Shown: piece by piece, positions 26,301-38,430 of the stretch
How the letters are laid out: each line of letters opens with the position of its first letter
Position numbering within the stretch: position 1 is the first letter of the stretch
Assembly: GCF_030144855.1 (NCBI RefSeq)
Contig: NC_082731.1
Span: 22,010,001 to 22,074,000 of the forward strand
Length of the DNA: 64,000 nucleotides
From: Hypanus sabinus
Lineage: Eukaryota
Direction of reading: 5' to 3'
The notes under the pieces: model-generated
The model's input: the letters and a program-made list of their open reading frames with translations, nothing else
Told to the model about the DNA's origin: nothing
The model's database searches: none
Translations under genes and position numbers: made by a program

Positions 26301-27352
26301 GGCACATAATAGATCAATGATCTTAAGTGCGAACTTAAGAAATAAAGAGAAAGATGGCAAAAGGGGAATAGACCTGACAGAATGTACTAGGAAAAGTCTG
26401 AGCTCAAGTTTTTGCCATTGAATCTGAACAATATGATGCCAATGCCCCCTCTAAGAGAGAAACCAACCATATCGGACTGAGAAAATGAAACAAACTCACT
26501 GAGATATCTCTGAATGTAAAATTGTATCAGCGTTGGCTTCAAAGTTTACCTAACATATGATTCAATCATGAGAATATCAAGAATTCTTAAGAATCATATA
26601 GTTAAAGGGTATTATGGCAAATAAACCACTGTCTGCTTCTCCATCCTATCGACCCTGTTCAATTTCAGCTTTGTACTCTGTGGAAACACCATTTTTAATT
26701 TTCCAATTTGTGCTCTTGAAACAACAGCATTTGTTTCTACAGCCCTCTCTGACAGCATGTCTGAAATATCAGCCACAGTCTGACTATGGGAAATAAGAAC
26801 TACACCCCAGTCCTTTTTGAAATATGCATCCTGTCATCTTAAACATTAGCCCTAATATGTTAAAGAATTCGCAAGCATGCGACAACGTATTTTACGCTCC
26901 TTATTTCGCTGCTATTTTAAAATATGTTTGGCCCTTTAGTCTATAGTTCCTGCTTCTTCAAATGAAAACATGCCTAACACATCGTTTGTGGCCAGGCTGC
27001 TAAATTCTCGTAATGAAAAGAACATTGCAGGCAAACCATATTTTCGTAAGAAAAAACAATGACGAGCAAGGAAAATGCTGGTACATGTGCGATGCCTTTG
27101 GATTCAAAGTTCACGAAGTCCTAAATTCTAAAGAAGATCATAAAACGCGTCTGACGGAACAATCTGCGTGGTATATCACCATTGGAATGTAGTAGAGTAT
27201 TCACCTAGTGTGTTCCAAGACATGCTTACGATCATGTCAAATCTTTGCAGCGAGTAGCAGTTGAAAATACTTACATGATCAATGCGATTTGGTGCGAACA
27301 CACTCATGAAATTGGACAAATCATTCTTAGCTTATGATTTAGTTAAAGACAG

Positions 27353-27420
27353 TGGTCTTTAAACAGTGGCGGTGAAGACTCGAGGGGCCGAATGGTCTAC
27401 TTCTGCACCTATTGTGTATT
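27353..27420 (+). mobile_element. 68-bp CR1 3'-end micro-insertion specific to copy A
   Basis: GACTCGAGGGGCCGAATGGTCTACTTCTGCACCTATT flanked by GACAG at 27348-27352 and 27421-27425. Copy B has the empty site (AAAGACAATTTATTT at about 45500). Confidence 0.8.
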
Positions 27421-28536
27421 GACAGTTTATTTTACAACCGAAGCGCAAGCATGGGCTATTGTTTTGCAGCACTCAATGAAATAAAAAAAAATAGATATTC
27501 TCGTTTTAGCCTGCTCACAAAATTGTTTTTACAGTTCAGCTTTTCATTGTTCTTTTCACTATTTTATGCACTTGATTGAACTCACTACATTTTTCTATAC
27601 TTATTAATTATATCCTTCATTCTAAGGCTGCCCTAGATTTAAAACATAAAAAGTTCGAAATACAGAATGACGGTGATATTAAAGCTGGTTTTAATTGAGA
27701 TTTTACCTTTCTATGATGTATTGGTAGTTAAGTCATTCTCGAAAGAAAATGACTCTGCAATCAGTACTCATCAGGATTTCGCTTCAATTAAACATAAATT
27801 GTGGAAACCCATGCTGGTCAAAATAAACTGGCACACATAGGTTTTTGTATGGCGTTATAAGTGATGTTAATATTATTTCCTGAAACGAGGTATGACAGCT
27901 GTGCCATTGTGTGCAAAGCAAAAGTTACGCTCGCTCTGCTAACTATATCTTCCTCCATAGCTCAGTGCCATTAAAAATGATGAGCGCTAAATTAAAATTT
28001 AATTTCTTCCTGTAAAAGATCAGCCATTTCGTTGTTATTTGAGATCGTTTTGAACATTCCGGCAGAATTAGTCTGCAGTTACTTAGTGAACCACACGAGG
28101 TCGCTATGATAGCTTTGAAAAAAAAATACAGAGAAGGGAAAATACGATATAACAATAAATTTTCTTGTGAAAAACTGTAGTTACGAATAACTTGTGATAT
28201 TTCAACACAGTAATGTATTGGACAATAAGCAGCATTTCGCTCCAGAATCCGTATCCACCTCATTGCGAGGGAAAGATGTTCTTCGAAATAGTGAGATAAA
28301 TAAGAAACAAGAGAAGGTTGTAGTTTCCATTGTCGTATGAAAAATCTATAGCCGGAATTTTGGAGGCTGCACGTGCAGTAGAACAAATTGAAGAGTAATA
28401 GGGTGAAGACGACTGAATCTAATGGATAATAGACTCGGAAAATGTAGTGAAATTCGAACAGTTGTAAGGTCGGCCAAGGTCCTACAGACGCTCAGAAAGC
28501 GGCGGTTACACTCAGCTGCCACTAGAGAACTAAGCT

Positions 28537-28575
28537 AGTTATTGCACAGGTTCAAACTGGTTCTGTACCCCTGTG
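28537..28575 (-). other. 23-spacer RSS of V2: CACAGGG / 23 nt / GCAATAACT
   Basis: Heptamer 28575-28569 follows TGT GCT CTG AGC CC. Spacer 23 nt, nonamer 28545-28537. Confidence 0.92.
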
Positions 28576-29401
28576 GGGCTCAGAGCACAGTAATACATCG
28601 CAGTGTCTTCTAGATGTGTTTCGGATACTGTGAGTGGGACCGTTCTGTTCGACTCATTTAGCTGCGCCGTGAACCGTTGCTGGGGAATATTTTCTCGGTG
28701 GCCGTCGAATTTCGTACGGCGCAACAGAAACTCCAGAGAACCTCCGGGATACTGACGGTACCATAATAATACAGGGTTGCTCATGCTTGTAGCTGTGTAA
28801 TTACAGTTTAACACTGCAACTTCTCCTTCCGCGACGGTGGTGACAGCAAGTGACTGATAAACAGCGTCGCCTCGGCAATGTCCTGTTATAGTCCAAAAAG
28901 AATTTAAAAACTTAAGTCAAAGACTATCAATATTCTACTCTCATACCTCCGAAGCAAACACCTGGTCATTAGCACTGTCTGAAGCAGAGGGGTGGGGGCT
29001 TTCATTTTGAGGTAAAACTCTCGTCTGACTCTAACAGGGGTGGCAGAAAAGGCTGAATTAAATTATCTTTTTGAACAAACTTCCAATCCTCTCCATCAAC
29101 GAGAATCCGTACCCATTACATCTCAGGAGGAAAAGAAAGAGAACATTTCCCTGTCAAGGACTGAGGGTGCTTCGTTTGTCCTGGATAATCTCATCAAATT
29201 TTCTATTTTCATTTCCATGAAAATTGGATCCATGTTACTTTCGTACGCCAAGATTCTTTCATGCCATGATCAATGTTGCGATAATAATATTCAGTGATAT
29301 ATTATCCTGTCCAGCATGGTGAGAACCACGGTTTACAAAATATCGAGAAACTTACCGATAAGAAGCGCTGCAGCAATAAGAAACAAATATAGGACTCGCA
29401 T
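28576..29401 (-). CDS. TRAV: TCR alpha/delta V segment V2, apparently functional (leader 29401-29356, intron 473 nt, V exon 28882-28576)
   Basis: MRVLYLFLIAAALLIGHCRGDAVYQSLAVTTVAEGEVAVLNCNYTATSMSNPVLLWYRQYPGGSLEFLLRRTKFDGHRENIPQQRFTAQLNESNRTVPLTVSETHLEDTAMYYCALS. Donor GTAAGT, acceptor AACAG, Cys23/Trp41/Cys104 present, 23-RSS. Confidence 0.95.
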
Positions 29402-30638
29402 GTCTGTGATAGGTTCACTATAGCTTTGTACCGGAACAATGTCTTCTAAAACAAAGTTTAATCTGTGCTTCGTAAGGAATGCGGACTCGTTTGTTAAGAG
29501 ACCGTTGGCCTTATCCACATAACGTGCAGCATTTTTTTTTTGCTTCAGGACGTCCCCCAATCAACTCCTTTTCTGAATTCCTCCAATCCGCTGCAAGTTC
29601 TTTGTTCCTCAACACAACCAATCAACTGAAAGTTGGCAAATTTGGCGAGAACGCACACAGGTTTCTTCCTCAAAGCAAATGATTCGTTTGTGTATACGAC
29701 TCAATGGCAAAGATAGTAAGATCAGAAATTACTTCATATTACTCGCACTGAATAACGGAGTAAAATTTATTTATCTTCTTTTAAAGTCAGAAGCTAGGAG
29801 TCTGGTACCGGCTTGAGGAGGGAAACCAGGCATTGAAGTCTACGATGAAGAAACCAATTGCATGAAGCATGTTCTAAATTTCAGTTTATTCCAAGACTCT
29901 CAACATGGTTCAAGTTTTCATTATACAAAAATGATCTTGGCAAAATTTCATAACAGCCAATGACTCCCTTCAAACTACAGCAAAAAAAAAAGGCTAACTT
30001 CAGTCCCCCATTATCAGACAATCTTACTTAAGTCTTTCTCCCCCAACTACATCTTCCAATATTCGGTATAATTCCACTTTCCTTTGCCAAAGTAAATGTC
30101 TTAACTTCAGTACTTTCTCCACTTTACATCGTCGTCTCAGACAGCGATTTAGAGGTATCAAGAATGTTCTTTCCAAATGGGGGAAAAAGTCGTACTGTGC
30201 ATTTCTACTTTAAACCTGCTTTCTCATAACTGAGACGACAACATCTTCAGCTTCCGTTAAGGATATGCAAGTATAGCAAATGTATTTTATACGATATTTT
30301 TTATTGTGCTTTTTTATCTGGCATAGTCCGTGTGTATATTCTTCACCTCCAGTCGCTCCAAGGAAGCAAATTAAATCATCACATTTCATGGAAATCTTCT
30401 ACATCAAATCGGGGCAACCACCTTCTGATTCCACGATTCCAGCGACATGTCGGAACGCAGAAAAGGTGGCCTTTTCCTGCCACAAATTTGCCACGGTTGG
30501 AGGTATCAGTAACATCTAAATTTAGCGTGGCTATAACGTACAATATAATTGTGCTGTTTAGACATTTTGCAGTCGAAACATTGGTATCTGAGTTCTAATT
30601 GTGTCAATGTGCGTTTGTAATTGCGTTGACGTAGATTC

Positions 30639-31018
30639 GACGTCTGAACTTTCCATTGAGTCTTCGCTACGGCATTCTAATAAAAATAAATGCTAGAAAT
30701 GATCGTAATCAAAATGTATACTCTAATATTTACACATTCATCAATCTCGGTATGAGAAGGGACGTCTGACTGAGAAGTGATATGATACGGACACCAGACA
30801 TATCACGATTCTGCCCGTTGTTTCATGAGTTCGTAATTCTAACGGCATTCATACAGTCCGTCGAGGCATAAAGGCCTATTCCATTGTTTAATTCCGTGTA
30901 GTTTCAAGAAACGACAAAGACAGAAAATATTTCAACGCAGTCCAAAAAACCTCATTCAAAGTTTAACGGGAAGTTTGGCATCCATGGGTGAGTGATAAAG
31001 CTAAGAAGAATGACGTCT
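30639..31018. promoter_or_regulatory. Candidate regulatory cluster upstream of V2: three GACGTC (CRE-core) sites and a GATA site
   Basis: GACGTC at 30639, 30761 and 31012 (TGACGTCT); TGATAA at 30993. All are retained in copy B. Function is inferred only. Confidence 0.4.
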
Positions 31019-31339
31019 GATCAGAATGGAATGTTAAATAACATAATCCTGATGGATGCCATTTGGAAAGCAAAGTAGAACTGAAATATTAATTTACTGT
31101 TTTTTTTTTAAGTACTGTTCCGAACAATGCTGAACAATGAACGACAACCTCACGGGAATGTTACCCAACAGCACGCCAACATTGTATTAGAACATTTTCC
31201 CTCAGTACTGCAAAGGTAGATGAAGAAATCTCGTAGTCACGTCCAGAGTGTTTGCTCGTTACAATGATCGAATGAATCGGAATATTCTCATGCGTAAAAC
31301 CTTTATTTCTTTGGTCTGTGCCAACAAACTTCAGTTGAA

Positions 31340-33235
31340 CGCGAAAATGGCGTCGGCCTTCGCTCTAGGGACAATTCACGCAGTTTATCGGAGTTTTGAG
31401 CACGCAACAGAAGTGTTTCCGCGCAGGGCGGACAAATAGATTTAAAAAAAAACAGATTTTTTTTTTCTACGGGAGTCGTTTATTGGACTACTCCACTGAC
31501 CCAATGGGAACGTTCCCGCTCAGGCTCGCCAAATATTTTGGACGGGGAAAGAAGGGTCTATAAAGTACAGGTACCAGTATAGTCTGTCGCAGAGTAATAC
31601 GGTTATGTCTCAACAAAGTCTCCTCAAGTTCAGGCAGGGGCTATGTAAATTCATTCCTTTCTTCTCATTCATCTGTTGAGAAAATGGCGATTATGTCGCT
31701 GTTCTGCTCCGGGTTACAAATGTAGGATTTTCAGGAGACCTCATTCCGGGCTCTGATAGCTACATCTGTGTATTTGCATCGAAATGCAGATCATGAGAGA
31801 CCGTATTAGGGAGGGAGAGTTGTAGTTCAATGTCCTTCGGCTTGTTAGGGAAAGTGAAACGCTTATAGACCAGAGCAACAGGGAGGTAATCACACTAATT
31901 ATACAGGGGACAGATAAATGTGTAACTACCATGAGAGGGATGATGGAAAATCTGATAGTGGTGTGCATACAAGTGGGCGTCCCCCTCAGCAATAAGTAAT
32001 CCATTTTGCGAGAGCTACCTAAATGGAGAAAACAACAGTTGCCATGCCTCTGGCACTGACCTTGACTCCGTGGCACAGAAGGATATGGAGCTGAAGAAGA
32101 TAGCATCAGTAACAGAAGGCATGATATTCCGGCCGAATAATAGACGAATTCATGGACACAAAAATACTAAATTGATGGTAGTTTGCGTCACGGGTGCTAG
32201 GGGCATACATGTTTCTTGTCGCCTCCAGAAACTCCTGAAATTTGAGGCTGAGTAGCCAGACGTCGGGGTACAAATTGGAATCAAAGGCATAGAAAAAACA
32301 GGGAGGACGCCCTGAAAGAAGAAATTAGAGACATTTGGAAGAAAGCTGAGTAGCCGGAACTCAAGTGTTGTAAACTTAAATTTGTGGACTGTGCTATGCG
32401 ACAGTGAGAATAGGAATAGAATGAGATGGCAGATAAACCTGGTGGTGAGGATAGGAGCAATACTGAAGGATTACGACTTCTCGATAAATGGGACATTTTC
32501 TAAGGCAGGTAGGAACCAGTTGCACGTAAATATTAGGGGAGCAATATTCTTGCTGGTAGATTTTCTGCAGTTGCTGGGAGTATTTTAACTTAATATAGCA
32601 GGGCGATGGTAAACATGTTGATGGAGATAAGGATGAGCCGAAGGCTTACAAGTAGATGATGAGTGTAACATGATTGTAAGGAAAGGCAATACAAAGATCG
32701 GGTATGAACGTAGAGACTGCAAAATGATAACGTGTACCACACAGGCAACATTCAAAAGGGCGAAAGATACAGGGCTGAAGGGTCTGAATTTCAATGCACG
32801 CAGCTTTCTGAATATGGTGGATGAATTCGTGCTGTATTTAAAAATTAGTCGGTACAACAGTGTTGGCGTCGCTGAGTTGTGGCTGAGAGAATGCCATAGC
32901 TGGGAGCTGAACATCAAAGGATATACTAAGTGTAGGAAGGACAGAAGGGAAGACATTTGTGGTAGTGTGGCTCTGTTGGTAAGAGAGGCAATTACATCTT
33001 TGGAAAGGAGTGAATATGGTCGGAAAATGTTGAATCTTCGTGGGTGGTTAAGAAATTGCAAGCTGTAAGAGAGAAAAAAAATCTTGTCGAAATTATATCA
33101 AGGCCTCCGAATAGGAGCTCTGATGTGGGTTAATATTACAAAAGGAGCTGGAAAAGGCATTTAAAATGGGCAATGATACAATTGTATTAAGCGATTTAAA
33201 CGTGAAAGGTGATTGGGAAAAACAGTTTGGTCGGT
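31340..33235 (+). mobile_element. Degenerate CR1 with probable 5' UTR, ORF1 and the start of ORF2 (copy A)
   Basis: ORF1-like start ATGGCG...TGCTCC...AGGAGACC at 31684, VPLSNK motif at about 31980, endonuclease-like LNFNARS...ELW...W.LNIKGY...RKDR, and GD..DWEKQ at about 33200. Confidence 0.7.
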
Positions 33236-34209
33236 TGCTGAGAGTAATTTATTGTGCCAAATTAGACTACAGGCTCAACCTCCGAAGAAGACGAACAGAT
33301 GCGCTGGTGTGCTTCTTTAAACCTAAGATTCAGGTATCCATCACCACTCGATCCAAACGGCAACATGTCCGCAGATAGAGTAAACACCCGTCGAGAGTAT
33401 TTGTACGTAGTTGCAGTTGGGGCCACTATAACACTACCTGAGACAGGATAAATTACTGTCATGATTCCGACAATCATCTTTCTTATGAACTAAGCCATAG
33501 TCACGCACTTTTTCGAGAGTGAGAAAGGTAAAAACAGAGCAATTAGCATACAATGAAGCATAAGGCAGAACTCTGAATGTTTGTCAGTCCTATCTTTGCA
33601 ATGCTGGTTAATTTAATGGAGGAACAAAGATGAAGCCATGTTATTCCTTTTGTCTTTTTTGCACCATTATTCTCATGTGATTTAACAAAAAATTAGCCAA
33701 ATTCTTAAATTATAAGGATTATGTCATGTGTAAAAATACTTTTGATTCAGTGCACTCTGTCAATTCTCAGTCACATACCATTGTGGACAAGATGAATAAA
33801 GTTATTTGAAGAGACTTCAATAGTTTAAATAATTAAGAAAATAAAAACATATGGAATCGCTCTTGCAATGCAGTTACCCAGATCCGCATCTACCATGTAG
33901 TGAAACACGGAAAATAAGGATATAAGAATTTACATCACAAGATGACCACCAACAAAATCAGAAAAGTTTACGAATTTCATGAGAAAATTTTCATGCCTGA
34001 TTCGGTGAACTTTTCACATCAAATCAGCTTCTAGGTTCACGTGAAGTGCTCGTATCTCGAACTAAATAATAGTGTTTGAACTGTTAAGACAAAGTAATGG
34101 ATACTGTGAATACAATTGAGGGATAAATGGTAGTTTAATAAGTCTTCTTTGAACCATGAGTATACTGTTTTCTGTTTGAGCTGATTCCGAAGAATGAATG
34201 AACATATTT

Positions 34210-34692
34210 ATTTCATAGTGTTATAGTGTGTCCTATGTAAAACCGGCGTACATATTGTAACGGACAGGCTGCAACACTGTCTGCTATATGGGGGTGGGTG
34301 CGGAGGGCTACTGAACCGGACCGAAAGAAACTCATAGGGTTGTAAGCTCCATCTTGGGTACGAGCCTGCAAAGCGTCCATGATATATTCCGGAAGTGTCG
34401 TCTTGGAAAGGCAGCGTCAATTTTTCTAGTCCTTCAGCACCCGGGGCATGCCCTTCTCTTAATGCTACGATCAGGCAGGAGGTACAGATGTTGATGGCAC
34501 ACATTCAACAATGCATGATTATGCACGATTTTTAATCTATTCAATACAAATATAATGCCATTTATGTATTTATTAATGAATTATTATTATGCTATTTGCT
34601 TTTTCCTGTTCTGTTCTGCCGCATTGAACTGCTGCTGCTATGTTAACATATTTCATCTCAGCTTCCAGTAATAATAAACCTGATTGTGTCTG
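34210..34692 (+). mobile_element. Rex1/Babar-like 3' fragment (copy A)
   Basis: GGAAAGGCAGCGTC...CAGCACCCGGGGCATGCCCTTCTC...ATCAGGCAGGAGGTACAG; ends AATAATAAACCTGATT. Confidence 0.65.
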
Positions 34693-37379
34693 TATGTTAC
34701 GCAAAGTAAACTAGTACTATTCAGCGTATTCGCAATGGAAGTTAGATTTAGCGCAGAATAAACACTGACATGTTCTTTCGTTTTGAGAAAGGGATGCTTC
34801 TTTGTACCTTGGGTGACGCTACAAATTAGCACACCAATCCTAGCACAATGAAGAAAAAAACGAAGTGTGAACCAAATAAGATAAACATACGCATTAACAC
34901 GGACATTTTCATAGATCTCGCCGGTTTAAAAAATAATTCAGCTGTTTTGTTTCTCGTTGAAGATCATCATCATAGGATATCTAAGTAATGCAAGCTTAGA
35001 TTATTTTAATGCACAGCAAGGAGAGATATTTATCTTACCTCGAATTTTGGCATAAACTGATTGCAGGCTGACCTACCATTGCTCATGGAACTGAAAAGGA
35101 ACAATAACTGGAGTTCCTGATAGGGATTCATGACTTTGGATGTGGCACAACAATTTATGCAACCATTCAAGGTAAGGTATTTTCATGAAGGTATATGCTT
35201 ATCTGTGAGGCAGAAGGTACTAAAAAAAGTAATTGAATATAATCCTTGGTTTCCTCAGTAAGGACTGACTTACCATAACGTGGTTGAAAAGGATTTTCTC
35301 CTACGTGTAAACGATACAGGTAGTTGTGAGTGAGCAACTGAATGCACAACAAAAACATCAAAAGTCCGACTTTCCGTGGATCATGCTCAATGCACCAATG
35401 TAAACCGTTTTTTTTTTCGGAAGGGCACGGTAACGACCGAACAATTGCCCAAATCCGTACACTTCAGATCCTGAAGTTCAGGTGACATCCATCAAATAGT
35501 TAGATAGACTGATGCAAAGGTATGCATGTAAACGTGCACGGCTATTTAAGATTTTGTGTGAAGCAAATAGTTAACAAATCTGAAGACGGCAGGTCGTACA
35601 TACGAGATAGATTAGCCACTGTGTGTATTCGGAGCTGTTCAAGGTTTCGCTTTCACAGCAATTTGTTCCAGCCTCCAAAATAAAGCAATTTCCCATTGAT
35701 TTATCTGGTGGCGTCGCTTATCCAGTTTGTTCACTTTAAATTATTGCTAGTTATTCAGAACGCGATTACAATACATCGCACTGAGATGTCATTCGCATTG
35801 AAAACGTTTTCCGCTAAGTTTATCGTTTTGCAGCCATCTCTAATATACATTTTCTCCTTATTTTCTCAGATCCATTTCTCATTAGTTCTGTCTACTTGGC
35901 GATCGACCGCAACATATGGCTATAATTGTTATGGAATATTTAAGTTCTCGACTCGTGTGGTTCCAGGTTGCGGTCAGGTTTGCTTTATTTGGTGGTGTGG
36001 GCAGAGTTTTTTTTTCTGACCTTCACGATTCCTTAGCTGACTAACTGTGGGTGGTAGCAGTGTAGCCTGAACTATTATTAAACTCAGTTTGACAGTCGAT
36101 GATGTAATATGTACTACAATGCTGTATGTCTCTATTAGTGAGCTGTTTAGCTTAGTATCGAGTACCTTGCGAATAGTATTCTTTGCACACTTGATGAAAA
36201 TTGTGTCCAGAACTGATATAATAGCAACAAAGATTCAGAATATAGATTTTCTTTTTATCAAATTGGACAAACATAAACCTTATGTCAAAACAGTAGAAAA
36301 TGTTACTAGGCAGTCAACAAAACTGACGTGCACAATGGCGAATGTAAAATATTTGGACTACAGCGTCGGAGTGCACGGGGCCGGCAGTTTATTACCAAAT
36401 GAAGAATCGAATTCCACTCGAATTATTATTTAGGGATGGCGATATTTAACCGCTTTCTTTTCATCCTAGCACATGCCGAGACTTCTACAGAGCACGGCAA
36501 CTTTATGTTGTCTGCTTGCATTCGATCCTGGCTGAGAAAGTGTACCGTCTAATACAGTTGTTGAAGACTTGGCGGTATTAGTTTCAGAATTATTTTTTTT
36601 TCCTCTCAGCCGCCGTCATGTAATGATTTTTCTTTCTATTTCAGAGTTTTAGTTAACGGCTTTATTTGACCTGACAGTTATTGTTTTATAGTACCTTCAA
36701 ACCCTGTTCGTATTGATGGCTATGTACTATCGAACCTCTTTAGAGTATCTCTCCCCGCACGAGTCATATCGGATCGAACTGACGGCATGTCTCGACAACA
36801 ATAAAGTTGTACCCAACAGAGAGACGTTAGATGAGTTTAGACATGATATTTATTAGTCAGGGATGCGATGGACTATTCATGTTTTGGGTGAAGCTAATGT
36901 AGAAATAATGCAGATAATCTCGTTCCGACAAGCCCAGATTTAGTTGGTTTAACCGTTGCTGCGATCTATCAACAACATACCCAGATAACCCCATCAGGTG
37001 TCTGCGATTTCCGCTCTCATGGTCGACGTCCCCGAACTCACTGCGGACAGCCAGCTTCAGCTGACAGCCATTATGGTGCACGCCAATTCAATTCAACAGG
37101 CTTTGGCCGCGGAAATCCTATTGCCAGCATTTCGGTTTTATTTCCTATTCTGCGGCTTCGCAATCTCTGCTGTTCATGTTCGCACTGCCGCGCCAGGACC
37201 AGAACTGACTCCCTTTTTCGAACTCCAACAGACTTCCGATTTCGGGCGACCCCGGATTTCAGCGTATTCAGGTAGACCTGGATACAATCATCAAAACTTT
37301 CATGAATTTACTAAAGACCTGGCTACGTTCATTACGTGTTCCAGAGACACTTTCCTGTCGTTATCAATATGGTAATGCT

Positions 37380-38000
37380 TATTTTGGTTGATAATTTGAC
37401 CTGTACTTTACCTGAGATAGACAAGTTTCTTTCAGCAACGTCGAAAACATACTAGAGAGGAGGGTTGCTGCTACATGACACGAACAAAGCCAAAAAAAAA
37501 ATCCACAAAACCAAAAAAAGGAGATCATATTTGCAGTTAACCCACATTAAACCAAATAATCTTATTCTGAAGTCGGATATAATCAGAAGGTCAAAGGAAG
37601 TGTGAAGTCTGGCCTCACTGATGACAGGGTTATTGATCAATACAGAGATTTTTGTTATCACCAATCGTTAATGATCCTTGGAAACTATGACCCTATGTTT
37701 TTCTTGTTCAATACAAACTATACTTTGAAAGCTTGTAAATAGCGCGTAAGGGGACGGAAATTTCTTCTGTCATGCAGACGATAATGCTGCATGCAAGCGG
37801 CGGAGATAAGGATAGCAAATCAGAAGTAAATGCATAGAATTTCATAGGAAAAGATGAAGTTGAATTTGTATCAATCTTGTAAAGTCCAGGAAGACGCGGG
37901 GAATCCCGTTTTAACTTAAACCGAGCACTTAATTCGAAGGAGGAAAAGTAATTCACATAAAAATGACAAATATTTATTTTAGCCTGCATTTATTTCAGAT
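37380..38000 (+). mobile_element. Degenerate L1-like RT fragment between the duplicated blocks
   Basis: FCHADD (YADD-like) at about 37765, followed by INLVKS (cf. KIN..KS). Confidence 0.4.
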
Positions 38001-38059
38001 GGATTTCCGTATATATTATTCGACAATAAGATACAATCATAATAAGATCAGATACTGAA

Positions 38060-38430
38060 GCTGAAATAGGCCACCTTGTCAATCAAATCTGCTACGCCAC
38101 TTCATCATGGATCAAGCATTTACCCTCTTAGTTAGTAAAATCGGACTTCATGTCCATACTACTCAAAAATGCATCAGCCTCTGCCTTACAGAGGTGCAAT
38201 TACTTGGCGTCCAAAACAGCCGGCGGTGACGAATTCCACAGATACACCACTGACGAATTGATTTCCTCCTCATCTCCTTTCTAAAAGGACACCACTCTGT
38301 TCTGTGGCTGTTCCTTGCTGTCGTTGTCTGCTCCGCCGCGCAAATCATCTTCTCCACTTCTACGTTATAGAGGCGTTTAAACATTCGATGGGTCTCAGTG
38401 AGATTTCCCCTCATCCACTCAACCTAACCC
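38060..38430 (-). mobile_element. CR1 3' fragment
   Basis: Reverse ORF MRGNLTETHRMFKRL...FRKEMRRKS matches the CR1 ORF2 C-terminus. Confidence 0.65.

Larger units (their letters stand above)
19380..37280. repeat. Segmental duplication copy A (V2 cassette, about 17.9 kb)
   Basis: Collinear with 39540-56090 throughout. Anchors: 19611/39757, 20340/40736, 28569/47327, 35048/53842, 37260/56068. The left 200 bp is only weakly alignable. Confidence 0.95.

Noticed and set aside
27840-27848. Perfect nonamer GGTTTTTGT
   Set aside because: No heptamer at a 12- or 23-nt spacing, and it is not conserved in copy B.
28947-29005. Alternative ATG...GTATGA mini-exon inside the V2 intron
   Set aside because: At 59 nt it is out of frame with the V exon; both the ATG and the donor are lost in copy B; the true leader is 29356-29401.
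29040-29297. 85-aa antisense ORF in the leader intron of both V2 and V3 (47794-48051)
   Set aside because: GTG start, no recognisable domain, and many nonsynonymous differences; a by-product of the duplication.
31681-31689. YY1-like AAAATGGCG conserved in both copies
   Set aside because: It coincides with the CR1 ORF1 start codon context, so it is explained by the TE.
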